Assembly (NCBI GenBank): GCA_965243205.1
Contig: CBDEUK010000002.1
Location: forward strand, 832,001 to 896,000
Direction: 5' to 3'
DNA from: Gammaproteobacteria bacterium
GTDB lineage: Bacteria; Pseudomonadota; Gammaproteobacteria; Eutrophobiales; Eutrophobiaceae
DNA length: 64,000 nucleotides
In this document: piece after piece, positions 8,116 through 17,192 of the stretch
Position numbering within the stretch: the stretch's first letter is position 1
Layout: each line of letters opens with the position of its first letter
Notes under the pieces: generated by a model
The model's input: only the letters and a program-made list of their open reading frames with translations
Told to the model about the DNA's origin: nothing
The model's database searches: none
Program-made: the position numbers and the translations under genes

Positions 8116-8423
8116 TTGCCTTCGCCACAAGAACCTTCACCGTCTTTTTTCTCACCGCATTTACCTTCACCGCAAGAACCTTCACCGTCTTTCTCGCCGC
8201 ATTTACCTTCGCCGCAAGAACCTTCACCGTCTTTCTCGCCGCATTTACCTTCGCCGCAAGAACCTTCACCATGGCCTTCAGCTAGTTGCATATAGCCACC
8301 AGAAAGCTCACTAACTTCAAAAGGGTTTTGTTCAGCATTCGCGATAGGGCTAGCCATTAAAGAAACTGCAAAAGTAGTACCTAGAGCTGCAGCGATTGGG
8401 GTTAATTTTGATTTGTTAGACAT
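8103..8423 (-). CDS. HvfA-like secreted RiPP precursor (EGxCG repeats; oxazolin/bufferin-related metallophore), 106 aa
   Basis: ATG 8423 with AGGAGG RBS; Sec signal ending IANA; NPF...GGYMQLA linker; 4 x GEGSCGEGKCG; adjacent to DUF692. Confidence 0.92.
   Translation of the reverse strand: MSNKSKLTPIAAALGTTFAVSLMASPIANAEQNPFEVSELSGGYMQLAEGHGEGSCGEGKCGEKDGEGSCGEGKCGEKDGEGSCGEGKCGEKKDGEGSCGEGKCGH
8109..8270 (-). repeat. Coding tandem repeat, about 42-nt unit x4, in the RiPP precursor
   Basis: 8187-8228 and 8229-8270 are identical 42-mers; the other copies differ by a few silent changes and one extra Lys codon. Confidence 0.95.
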
Positions 8424-8685
8424 TGTGTCTATCCTCCTAATATACATCGTTAATAAAAGAAGAAAGTTGTTGTTTAGAACGCCCCTCTCCAGAAAGTTAA
8501 AAAATCTCAATAAAGCTTATTGAAAAATTACAAATCTGTTGACTAATAATTTTTAGCAAAAGTTTCTGTATAGAACAAAAAAAACATTAAATTTGAGTAA
8601 TATTCCTTAATTAAATGCTCTGATAATACTAGCGATGATAAAGACCGTTACACATAGAGAATAATCTGTCTATTTATTAACCAAT

Positions 8686-10170
8686 TTAGCTATTTGAAGG
8701 GCGCATATGTGGAAATAAAATCACATCCCGTATCGTTGGTGAATCCGTTAAAAACATAACCAATCGATCGATTCCTATACCCTCTCCCGCGGTCGGAGGC
8801 ATACCATACTCCAATGCTGTTATATAATCTGAATCATAGTGCATAGCTTCATCATCACCTGCCTCTTTCTCAGCCACTTGCTTTTGAAATCGTTCAGCTT
8901 GATCTTCAGGATCATTTAACTCTGAAAATCCATTTGCGATTTCCCTGCCACCAATAAAAAATTCAAAACGATCGGTTATAAAAGGGTCTTCATTATTCAT
9001 ACGAGCCAATGGAGAAACTTCCGTAGGATATTCTGTAATAAAAGTCGGTTGCATTAATTTGGATTCAACCGTTTTTTCAAAAATTTCTATTTGTATTTTG
9101 CCAAGACCGTAACTATCTTCGATCGGTATCTGTAATCGCTCAGCAACATTTTTAATTGCATCCATTGATTCAAGTTCATCAGTGGATATATCAGGATTAA
9201 AATCCAATATCGATTGTTTTACAGTAATTCGTTGAAATGGTTTAGATAGATCATACTCATCACCTTGATAAGTAATATTGTATTCACCCGTGATCTCTTT
9301 AACCATCTTACGTAATAAATCTTCGGTTAAGCTTATCAAGTCTTCATAATCAGCATAGGCTTGATAAAATTCAATCATAGTAAACTCAGGATTATGCCTT
9401 GGTGATAAACCTTCATTACGAAAGCTACGATTAATTTCAAACACACGTTCTATACCACCGACAACAAGGCGCTTTAGATATAACTCAGGTGCAATACGTA
9501 AATATAAATCCATATCTAATGCATTATGATGCGTTGTGAATGGACGAGCTGTTGCGCCTCCGGGTATCACATGCATCATAGGCGTTTCAACTTCAATAAA
9601 ATCTTCTTGCTTTAAATAACTTCGAATAAAGTCGATTACTTTAGAACGAATACGAAATGTCTTTCGTGTCTCTTCATTCATGATCAAATCAACATATCGT
9701 TGACGATATTTTATTTCTTGATCAGTTAAACCATGATATTTTTCTGGCAAAGGTCGTAATGACTTAGTCAATAACTCAATTGAATCAACAGCAATACTCA
9801 ATTCACCTTTATTCGTTTTCATGACTATGCCAGTTGCGCCAATAATATCCCCAATATCCCATTTCTTAAATTCTTCGTTATAAACACCCTCAGGCAATTC
9901 ATCACGTTTTACATACAGTTGGATTTGCCCTGTCATATCTTGGATATGAGAAAAGGATGCTTTACCCATAATGCGACGACTCATCATACGACCTGCGACA
10001 GCTACTTTAATTTGTAACTGCTCTAGCTCTTCTTTGCTTCTATCTTGATAAGAATTTATCAAATTTTCTGCATAAGAATCACGACGAAAGGTATTGATAT
10101 AAGCTTTACCTTTTTCACGATACGCTTTTAATTGTTCTCTTCTTTGCGTAATTAAATCGTCTTCTGACAT
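8686..10170 (-). CDS. lysS: Lysine--tRNA ligase (class II)
   Basis: [55 protein letters not shown]; directly downstream of prfB. Confidence 0.98.
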   Translation of the reverse strand: MSEDDLITQRREQLKAYREKGKAYINTFRRDSYAENLINSYQDRSKEELEQLQIKVAVAGRMMSRRIMGKASFSHIQDMTGQIQLYVKRDELPEGVYNEEFKKWDIGDIIGATGIVMKTNKGELSIAVDSIELLTKSLRPLPEKYHGLTDQEIKYRQRYVDLIMNEETRKTFRIRSKVIDFIRSYLKQEDFIEVETPMMHVIPGGATARPFTTHHNALDMDLYLRIAPELYLKRLVVGGIERVFEINRSFRNEGLSPRHNPEFTMIEFYQAYADYEDLISLTEDLLRKMVKEITGEYNITYQGDEYDLSKPFQRITVKQSILDFNPDISTDELESMDAIKNVAERLQIPIEDSYGLGKIQIEIFEKTVESKLMQPTFITEYPTEVSPLARMNNEDPFITDRFEFFIGGREIANGFSELNDPEDQAERFQKQVAEKEAGDDEAMHYDSDYITALEYGMPPTAGEGIGIDRLVMFLTDSPTIRDVILFPHMRPSNS

Positions 10171-10172
10171 TA

Positions 10173-11271
10173 TTAAACTCCAGCTTTTAAGCTTGCTTCT
10201 ATAAATTTATCCAAATCACCATCGAGTACAGCTTGTGTATTACCGGTTTCAATACCAGTGCGTAGATCTTTAATTCTAGATTGATCTAAAACATAAGAGC
10301 GAATTTGGCTACCCCAACCAATATCAGCTTTATTATCTTCCATGTTTTGTTTTTCTTCATTCATCTTTTGAATTTCCAGCTCATATAACTTTGCTCGTAA
10401 CATCTTCATCGCTTGGTCACGGTTTTTATGTTGTGAGCGATCATTTTGACATTGAGCAACAACACCTGTTGGTATATGAGTTAAGCGCACCGCTGAATCG
10501 GTTTTATTCACATGTTGACCACCTGCGCCGCTAGCCCGATAGGTATCGGTTCGAATATCCGCAGGATTGATCTCAATTTCAACATTATCGTCGATTTCAG
10601 GCGATAAAAACACCGAGGCAAAAGAAGTATGGCGACGGTTACCAGAATCAAAAGGTGATTTGCGAACTAGGCGATGAACCCCCGTTTCTGTGCGTAACCA
10701 ACCATAGGCAAACTCGCCTTCAAATTTGATTGTCGCACTTTTTATACCCGCCACATCACCAGGAGATGCTTCGATCAAATCGGTTTTAAAACCATGTTGC
10801 TCTCCCCAGCGCAAATACATCCTTAATAACATTTCTGCCCAATCCTGGGCCTCGGTACCACCCGAACCCGATTGAATATCAAGGTAAGCATTATTTTCAT
10901 CCATCTCACCAGAAAACATGCGACGAAATTCGATTTCTACTAACTGTTTTTCTAGAGTATCGAGATCAGCTTCGATGGAATTTAGAGTGTCCTCGTCATT
11001 ATCTTCTTGTGCCAACTCTAATAGCTCAGCAGCATCCTCTAAACTTGTACCAATAGTATCAAGTCCTTCGACAATTTTTTGTAGTGTAACTCGTTCTTGA
11101 CCTAGTTCTTGGGCTTTATCAGGATTATCCCAAACATCGGGTTGTTCTAGTTCTCGTTGAACTTCAATTAAACGTTCGTGTTTTGCGTCGTAATCAAAGA
11201 TACCCCCTCAACGCAACAACTCGCGCTTGCATATCTTTAATTCGTGAAAGGATTAAGTTTGTCTCTAACAT
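10173..11271 (-). CDS. prfB: Peptide chain release factor 2 with programmed +1 frameshift (join 11271-11197, 11195-10173; 365 aa)
   Basis: ATG 11271, 25 codons to AGG GGG TAT CTT TGA; +1 frame continues DYDAKHERL...; SPF and GGQ motifs present. Confidence 0.97.
11193..11208 (-). promoter_or_regulatory. prfB autoregulatory frameshift site (internal SD plus CTT-TGA)
   Basis: Minus strand AGGGGG-TAT-CTT-TGA-T. Confidence 0.95.
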
Positions 11272-11347
11272 TTCTAATTATTGTTTTTCAAAAGACGTGA
11301 ATGTTACCTATTGTTTTGTCAGGTAACAACTCTATTCAGAAAGTGCG

Positions 11348-13117
11348 TTAAGCTGATTTTTGAATAGGAAGGTTTATATCAAGATTTGATGATAGTTGAT
11401 TAGAATTGATCCCTATAAAAGAGAGAAGCGCTTCAGCTGGAAGAGGTTTACTGAAAAAATAACCTTGACCTTGTTCACAACCTAATTGTGATAGAAATTT
11501 TAACTGCTCAGCATCTTCAATACCTTCTGCAGTTAAATTTAGACGCAGTGCATGCCCTAAACTTACGATAGCCTTTGTAATTGTTGCATCATCAGGTTCC
11601 GTCATAATATCTTTAATAAAAGAACGATCAATTTTTAACGTATCTAATGGAAATTTTTTCAAATACCCAAGCGAGCAATACCCAGTACCAAAATCATCAA
11701 TTGAAATATGCAAACCCCAAGCTTTTAATTTATTTAGATGATGTATCGTTCGTTCAATATCTTCCATTAATAAAGTTTCTGTTATTTCGACCTCAAACTC
11801 TTCAGGCTTAATATCGTATTTCACCAATGTATCTAAAATAAAATCTACTATATCATCACTACGAAATTGTCTTGGTGATAAGTTGACTGCCAATCTAATT
11901 GGTTTATGACCTAAATCCTTCCATTCTTTTAAATATTGACAGGATTTTTCAATTACCCACTGTCCAATAGGTATGATTAATCCAGTCTCTTCAGCTAACG
12001 GAATAAAATCCATTGGTGAAACCATCCCCATTTCAGGATGGTCCCAACGTAATAAAGCCTCAGCACCAGAAGTTTGCATGGATTGGATATCAAATTTAGG
12101 TTGAAAATATAAAACAAATTCGTCGTTATCAACTGCGCTACGAAGTTTATTTTCTAACACTAAGCGTTTTTCTAAATCTGAGTTAGTTTCATTGGTTGTA
12201 AAATGATAGGTATTTCCTCCTTTAGCTTTTGCAGAATACATAGCAGTATCCGCTTTTTTTAATAATTCACTTATTTTTAAATTATCATTTGGATAGACTG
12301 AAATCCCAATGCTTGGTGTTGTATAAAGTTCTTGTCCATTTATATTACAAGGAGCAGAGAGCGAATTAATAATTTTTTTAGAAACAATTTCAATATCAGG
12401 CAACTGTTCTATATCTTCTAATACAACAACAAACTCATCGCCACCTAAGCGAGCTACCGAATCCTCTTCTCGTACACATTTTTTTAATCTTCCAGCAACT
12501 TCAATTAATAAATTATCACCTACATCATGCCCTAAAGTGTCATTGATTTGTTTAAAACGATCCAAATCAATAAATAATATTGCTATTAATGTTTGCTTAC
12601 GTTTAGCACGTGAAACTGCATGTTCTAATTTTTCACGAAATAATAACCGATTAGCTAAACCGGTTAAACTATCATGATGTGCTAGATACTGCATATTACG
12701 CTCTACACGTTTACGCTCGACAGCATAACGTATAGAACGGTTAATCAAATGAGCGTCGCCAACTCCTTTTAGCAAATAATCTTGTGCTCCCATTTGTACA
12801 GCTTTCAATGAAAAGAGTTCATCATTCTTACTTGTGAGTACCACTATAGGTAAAGACTGATCAATTTGTAATAATCTTTCAATTGCTTCGAAACCATCTG
12901 CATCGGGTAATGTTAAATCCGTTAATACGATGTCATATTTCTGGTGAGTGATTGTTAACGTTGCTTGAAAAAGGTTCTCTACATGATGAACTCGATAATC
13001 AATATCCTCAATGGATTTTAATTCTTCCTGTAAAAACTTCGCATAAGATAAACTATCTTCAATCAGTAATATTTTGATTTGTTCTTTTATGTGATTATTT
13101 ATTTTAATATTTTCCAT
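11348..13117 (-). CDS. REC-GGDEF-EAL response regulator (diguanylate cyclase/phosphodiesterase)
   Basis: LLIEDS, VLTDLTLPD, GAQDYLLK; ARLGGDEF; AEALLRW, DDFGTGY, AEGIE, QGY. Confidence 0.95.
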   Translation of the reverse strand: MENIKINNHIKEQIKILLIEDSLSYAKFLQEELKSIEDIDYRVHHVENLFQATLTITHQKYDIVLTDLTLPDADGFEAIERLLQIDQSLPIVVLTSKNDELFSLKAVQMGAQDYLLKGVGDAHLINRSIRYAVERKRVERNMQYLAHHDSLTGLANRLLFREKLEHAVSRAKRKQTLIAILFIDLDRFKQINDTLGHDVGDNLLIEVAGRLKKCVREEDSVARLGGDEFVVVLEDIEQLPDIEIVSKKIINSLSAPCNINGQELYTTPSIGISVYPNDNLKISELLKKADTAMYSAKAKGGNTYHFTTNETNSDLEKRLVLENKLRSAVDNDEFVLYFQPKFDIQSMQTSGAEALLRWDHPEMGMVSPMDFIPLAEETGLIIPIGQWVIEKSCQYLKEWKDLGHKPIRLAVNLSPRQFRSDDIVDFILDTLVKYDIKPEEFEVEITETLLMEDIERTIHHLNKLKAWGLHISIDDFGTGYCSLGYLKKFPLDTLKIDRSFIKDIMTEPDDATITKAIVSLGHALRLNLTAEGIEDAEQLKFLSQLGCEQGQGYFFSKPLPAEALLSFIGINSNQLSSNLDINLPIQKSA

Positions 13118-13199
13118 CTTTTATACTACGACCAAATAATTTGCCTATCTGAGGCTACGCAATCAAATTGATGATATTTATTATGGGATATGGAAAACT

Positions 13200-13226
13200 A
13201 TTTCGGCTGAAATGATAAAAACTTTA
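13200..13226 (-). promoter_or_regulatory. sigma28 (FliA)-type promoter
   Basis: Minus strand TAAAGTTT-N11-GCCGAAAT versus consensus TAAAGTTT-N11-GCCGATAA. Confidence 0.7.
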
Positions 13227-13275
13227 ACTCAATCAAATACTTTTTAATCTAGTAATTAATACTGTATCTTTCATA

Positions 13276-15021
13276 TTACATAGCATTTTCTGGTCGATTT
13301 ATTAATGGTTCCAAATATTCAACAAATAACTGCAATTTTGTACGCCCATTAAATTCATTGATATCCAAACGATAAGCGACGTGGATACTATCAATATCAT
13401 CAGGCCAATCTTCATCAGTTAAATTAAATGCAATAGCATCAATGACTTGAGTTGTATTTTGAGGTTGTAGATCGAGTTTTAAATGGTTGCCACCAACAAT
13501 CCGTTTCTTAATAATCGAAAAAATTCCATCGAATATTGGCTCAGGAAAACCTTGTCCCCATGGCCCTGCTCGCTCGATTAATTGTGCAAGTTGTAATGAA
13601 AAATCTTTCTCTACTAATTCACCATCAGAATATACAATATTATCCAACTGCCCGGGTTCAATAATCCTGGCTAATTGTTGAGTGAAAAGCCCAGTAAATT
13701 GATCAAAATTATGGTTTTCAATCGTTAAACCCGCGGCCATTGCATGCCCGCCAAATTTACTGATCACTCCTGGATGTTGAGTATCAATGGCCTCTAATAC
13801 ATCTCGAATATGAATACCTGAGATCGAACGGGCAGAACCTTTTAAGGTATTTTCATCTTCACGTGCAAAAGCTATCACAGGACGATGGAAACGCTCTTTA
13901 ATTTTGGATGCTAAAATTCCAACAACACCTTGATGCCATTCTTCATGAAACAAACATAAACCGAAATTATCTTTACTTTCTAATGCTTCAACATCTAAAT
14001 TATCTAACGCTTGAATATGCATTTCATCTTGGATCTTTCTGCGTTCTTGGTTAAGTTGATCCAGCTGCGTAGCTAAACTCTCTGCACGCGAAGGATCATC
14101 CGACAATAAACATTCTATACCCACAGACATATCAGTTAATCTACCCGCTGCATTCAAACGTGGCCCTATCGCAAACCCAAAATCACTGGCTTTTAATTTA
14201 TGTAAAGAACGATTGGAAACTTTGACCAAAGCCTTTATACCTTCACAACAATACCCTTTACGTATTCTTGCTAGGCCTTGTGAAACTAAGATACGGTTAT
14301 TTCTATCTAATGGAACAACATCGGCCACTGTACCTAGAGCAACAAGATCAAGGTATTCAGCAAGGTTAGGTTCTTTTATATTATTTTCGCCAAACCAATT
14401 TAGTTCACGAAGATGCGATCTTAATGCTACAACAACGTTAAACATAACCCCGACACCTGCGAGATTTTTAGAAGCAAATTCATCGCCTGGTTGATTTGGA
14501 TTCACAATCACATTTGCATTCGGTAATTCTGGACCAGCTAAATGATGATCAGTCACTAGTACATCAATCTCTAATGCACGAGCTTTAGCTACACCATCAA
14601 TACTTGAAATACCATTATCAACAGTAATAATTAAATCAGGTTCAAGATCAGCTGCTAATTCAACGATCTCTGGGGTTAAGCCATAACCATACTCAAACCG
14701 ATTAGGAACAATGTATTCAACATTTTTAGCTCCCATTGCAGTTAGAGCCTTAATCGCTAAAGCACAACTGGTTGCACCATCCGCATCAAAGTCGGCAACG
14801 ACTAATAATCGTTGTTGTTTTTGAATCGCCTGAGTTAGTAATTCAACAGCTTGTTGAATATTTAATAAATCTGAAAATGGCAATAGATGTTTTAATGAAT
14901 AATCTAATTCATTTGTATGCGAAATATTTCTTGCTAGAAAAACTCGCTCTAATACAGGATGAAGATTGTCATCCATTAATTCACCATCAGAAACGGTGCG
15001 TTGAATTATTTTTTCAGACAT
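13276..15021 (-). CDS. recJ: Single-stranded-DNA-specific exonuclease RecJ
   Basis: DFDADG, PNRFEYGYG, TVDNG, TDHH, GTVADVV, GSARS, FGGHAMAAG. Confidence 0.97.
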   Translation of the reverse strand: MSEKIIQRTVSDGELMDDNLHPVLERVFLARNISHTNELDYSLKHLLPFSDLLNIQQAVELLTQAIQKQQRLLVVADFDADGATSCALAIKALTAMGAKNVEYIVPNRFEYGYGLTPEIVELAADLEPDLIITVDNGISSIDGVAKARALEIDVLVTDHHLAGPELPNANVIVNPNQPGDEFASKNLAGVGVMFNVVVALRSHLRELNWFGENNIKEPNLAEYLDLVALGTVADVVPLDRNNRILVSQGLARIRKGYCCEGIKALVKVSNRSLHKLKASDFGFAIGPRLNAAGRLTDMSVGIECLLSDDPSRAESLATQLDQLNQERRKIQDEMHIQALDNLDVEALESKDNFGLCLFHEEWHQGVVGILASKIKERFHRPVIAFAREDENTLKGSARSISGIHIRDVLEAIDTQHPGVISKFGGHAMAAGLTIENHNFDQFTGLFTQQLARIIEPGQLDNIVYSDGELVEKDFSLQLAQLIERAGPWGQGFPEPIFDGIFSIIKKRIVGGNHLKLDLQPQNTTQVIDAIAFNLTDEDWPDDIDSIHVAYRLDINEFNGRTKLQLFVEYLEPLINRPENAM

Positions 15022-15029
15022 ATAAAACG

Positions 15030-16046
15030 TTATTCAAAAAAGCTATGGATAGATTGATTCCAGCGCCAAAACTTCAACCATATGGAATACTCTAATGTGA
15101 TTTCATACTCGTCAGTAATGATATTTAACTGATGAATTTTTTTATTTTTCAGTAACGATAAAACTTTTTCTAACCATTCGGTTTCAATTTTTTTTATTGT
15201 TTCTAACCAACCAACTGGTTCATCATACTGAGTGGATTGTAATGTATCATTTATGATGATTAAATTTTGAGTTTGCTGATTGAAGTCATATCGACTCCAA
15301 AAATCCTTAGCTGGAAAATAATCCATTGATGATAACATTGCCAAACATTCAACCAAATTTTCATTTGAAAAAACTGCAGACCATTTTCTATCCAAACTAC
15401 GCGGTATTTCGCCAGCTCCCCAAAACCATAAACTGTTGATCGGTAATTCACCTCTCTGTTCACGTTGCTGATTTATTTCGCAGTCATGCAATCGCATTTG
15501 AATATCATTAAACAATGATATCCAGCGTGACTCTTCTTCACCAATGGGTAAATGATTGGCTATATCTTTTCCTGATACTCGATGAATATCATGGGTTTTG
15601 ATCGAAGGTTGTTTGTTTAATTTTAAATACCAATGATCATTCTCGGGAATTTCAATTTCAATATTCTGTTCTTTAAACAAATCATTCAAATAACCAGCAA
15701 TAGCAAGAATATCATGGCGAGATAAAGCAAATTGACGTGAATCAAACAATACCAATCCATTGCTTGTAGGTTTAAGATGAACTGGATCCGCATACATCCA
15801 AATCCCTTCGGGCCTTTCATCATCGATTTTTAATCGTGAAATGGCGGCAAAAGGCACTTCATTATTTGAAATATCAAGAGCAAAAAGAGTTGATATGCGC
15901 TCAAGATACGTTAATGGAGTAATCTTTCGTATTGTTCCTAAGTTTAATAGGCTACGTAAAGATTTTAAGTCGGCTAAATCTTCTGCTGTATATTCAGGTA
16001 TAAAATGAAATAACCCTGGAATATAAAGCGTAAGATGATGCATCAA
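15030..16046 (-). CDS. Conserved hypothetical protein (RpfE-like / phosphoglycerate mutase-like) between thrC and recJ
   Basis: ADPVHL, NDIQMRLH..EINQQRE.RGELPINSLWFWG; typical position upstream of recJ. Confidence 0.7.
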   Translation of the reverse strand: MMHHLTLYIPGLFHFIPEYTAEDLADLKSLRSLLNLGTIRKITPLTYLERISTLFALDISNNEVPFAAISRLKIDDERPEGIWMYADPVHLKPTSNGLVLFDSRQFALSRHDILAIAGYLNDLFKEQNIEIEIPENDHWYLKLNKQPSIKTHDIHRVSGKDIANHLPIGEEESRWISLFNDIQMRLHDCEINQQREQRGELPINSLWFWGAGEIPRSLDRKWSAVFSNENLVECLAMLSSMDYFPAKDFWSRYDFNQQTQNLIIINDTLQSTQYDEPVGWLETIKKIETEWLEKVLSLLKNKKIHQLNIITDEYEITLEYSIWLKFWRWNQSIHSFFE

Positions 16047-16049
16047 TGA

Positions 16050-17192
16050 CTAACTAATATTATCCAATATTGCTTTTTCTACTTCACTCAATGTTGCTTG
16101 AGTCTTGATCACAGGTGCAGTACTTTGTTTTATCGCGGTATCTGGATCTTTCAAACCATGACCAGTCAAAGTACAAACAACTGTACTACCTGCAGGGATT
16201 TTTCCAGATTTAATATCATACAAAGCACCTGCTACAGAGGTTGCAGAGGCAGGTTCACAAAAGACCCCTTCTTTTTCAGCTAACATCTTTTGCGTTTTTA
16301 ATATTTCTTCATCAGAAAACTCATCAAACCAACCACCAGACTCTTTATTCACTATCCAAGCATTATCCCAAGATTGAGGATGACCTATACGAATGGCTGT
16401 TGCGACTGTTTCTGGATTATCGACCATTGCTCCACGCATAAAAGGTGCTGAACCTGCAGCTTGATAACCTACCATTACCGGTCGTTTATCGATAATAACT
16501 TCGTTTGTGAATTCACAATCACCTTGGCACAAGCTACAACCTTCGGAAGTTTTACCACCTTTAGGAGTAGCGTATTCTGAATAACCTAACCAATGGGCTG
16601 TGATGTTACCCGCGTTACCTACAGGCAAACAATGATAATCGGGCGCACGACCTAACTCTTCAATAATTTCAAATGATGCTGTTTTCTGACCTTGTAATCG
16701 ATAAGGGTTAATTGAATTCACAATGGTTACTGGTGCTGTTTCAGCCACTTCTTTGACTAAGCGCATACCATCATCAAAGTTACCTTGAATTTGAATAACC
16801 ACAGCACCTTCCATCATAGCCTGTGCTAATTTACCTTGCGCAATTTTACCATCAGGGATTAATACAAATGCCGTCATCCCAGCACGGGCCGCGTATGCAG
16901 CAGCCGCGGCAGACGTATTACCCGTAGAAGCACAGATGATCGCTTTAGAGTTATCTTCTGCTGCTTTACTAACGGCCATGGTCATACCACGGTCTTTAAA
17001 TGATCCCGTTGGATTTAACCCTTCGTATTTAACATATAACTCTACATCCAGTTCCAATAGGCCAGGAATATTATTTAATCTTATGAGAGGAGTATTACCC
17101 TCACCTAAACTGATCACAGGTGTTTTATCACTTACTGGTAAACGATCACGATAGTGATCAATTAAACCTGTATAGCGTTTACGAAATGTCAT
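16050..17192 (-). CDS. thrC: Threonine synthase
   Basis: LGEGNTPL, NPTGSFKDRG (PLP lysine), CASTGNTS, PVGNAGN, CEPASA, TGHGLKDP; follows hom. Confidence 0.96.
   Translation of the reverse strand: MTFRKRYTGLIDHYRDRLPVSDKTPVISLGEGNTPLIRLNNIPGLLELDVELYVKYEGLNPTGSFKDRGMTMAVSKAAEDNSKAIICASTGNTSAAAAAYAARAGMTAFVLIPDGKIAQGKLAQAMMEGAVVIQIQGNFDDGMRLVKEVAETAPVTIVNSINPYRLQGQKTASFEIIEELGRAPDYHCLPVGNAGNITAHWLGYSEYATPKGGKTSEGCSLCQGDCEFTNEVIIDKRPVMVGYQAAGSAPFMRGAMVDNPETVATAIRIGHPQSWDNAWIVNKESGGWFDEFSDEEILKTQKMLAEKEGVFCEPASATSVAGALYDIKSGKIPAGSTVVCTLTGHGLKDPDTAIKQSTAPVIKTQATLSEVEKAILDNIS

Noticed and set aside
8109-8270. Regular repeats resembling a CRISPR array
   Set aside because: Head-to-tail in-frame coding repeats with no unique spacers and no cas genes.
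8424-8510. N-terminal extensions given by the ORF track (precursor, also PepSY, hom, alaC, prmB, ihfB)
   Set aside because: RBS position, signal peptides and family N-termini support downstream starts.
8625-8652. ECF-sigma promoter (TGTAAC...) upstream of the RiPP precursor
   Set aside because: The -35-like TGTAAC is present but the -10 (AGTA versus CGTA/CGAA) is poor and no ECF gene is adjacent; too weak to call.
11302-11328. Inverted repeat TGTTACCT-N11-AGGTAACA upstream of prfB
   Set aside because: Could be a weak terminator or an operator, but it has no U-tract and no second copy; function unsupported.
15022-15032. TAAAACGTTAT matching the left end of the MITE-like element
   Set aside because: Only about 11 AT-rich nt with no right end; chance cannot be excluded.
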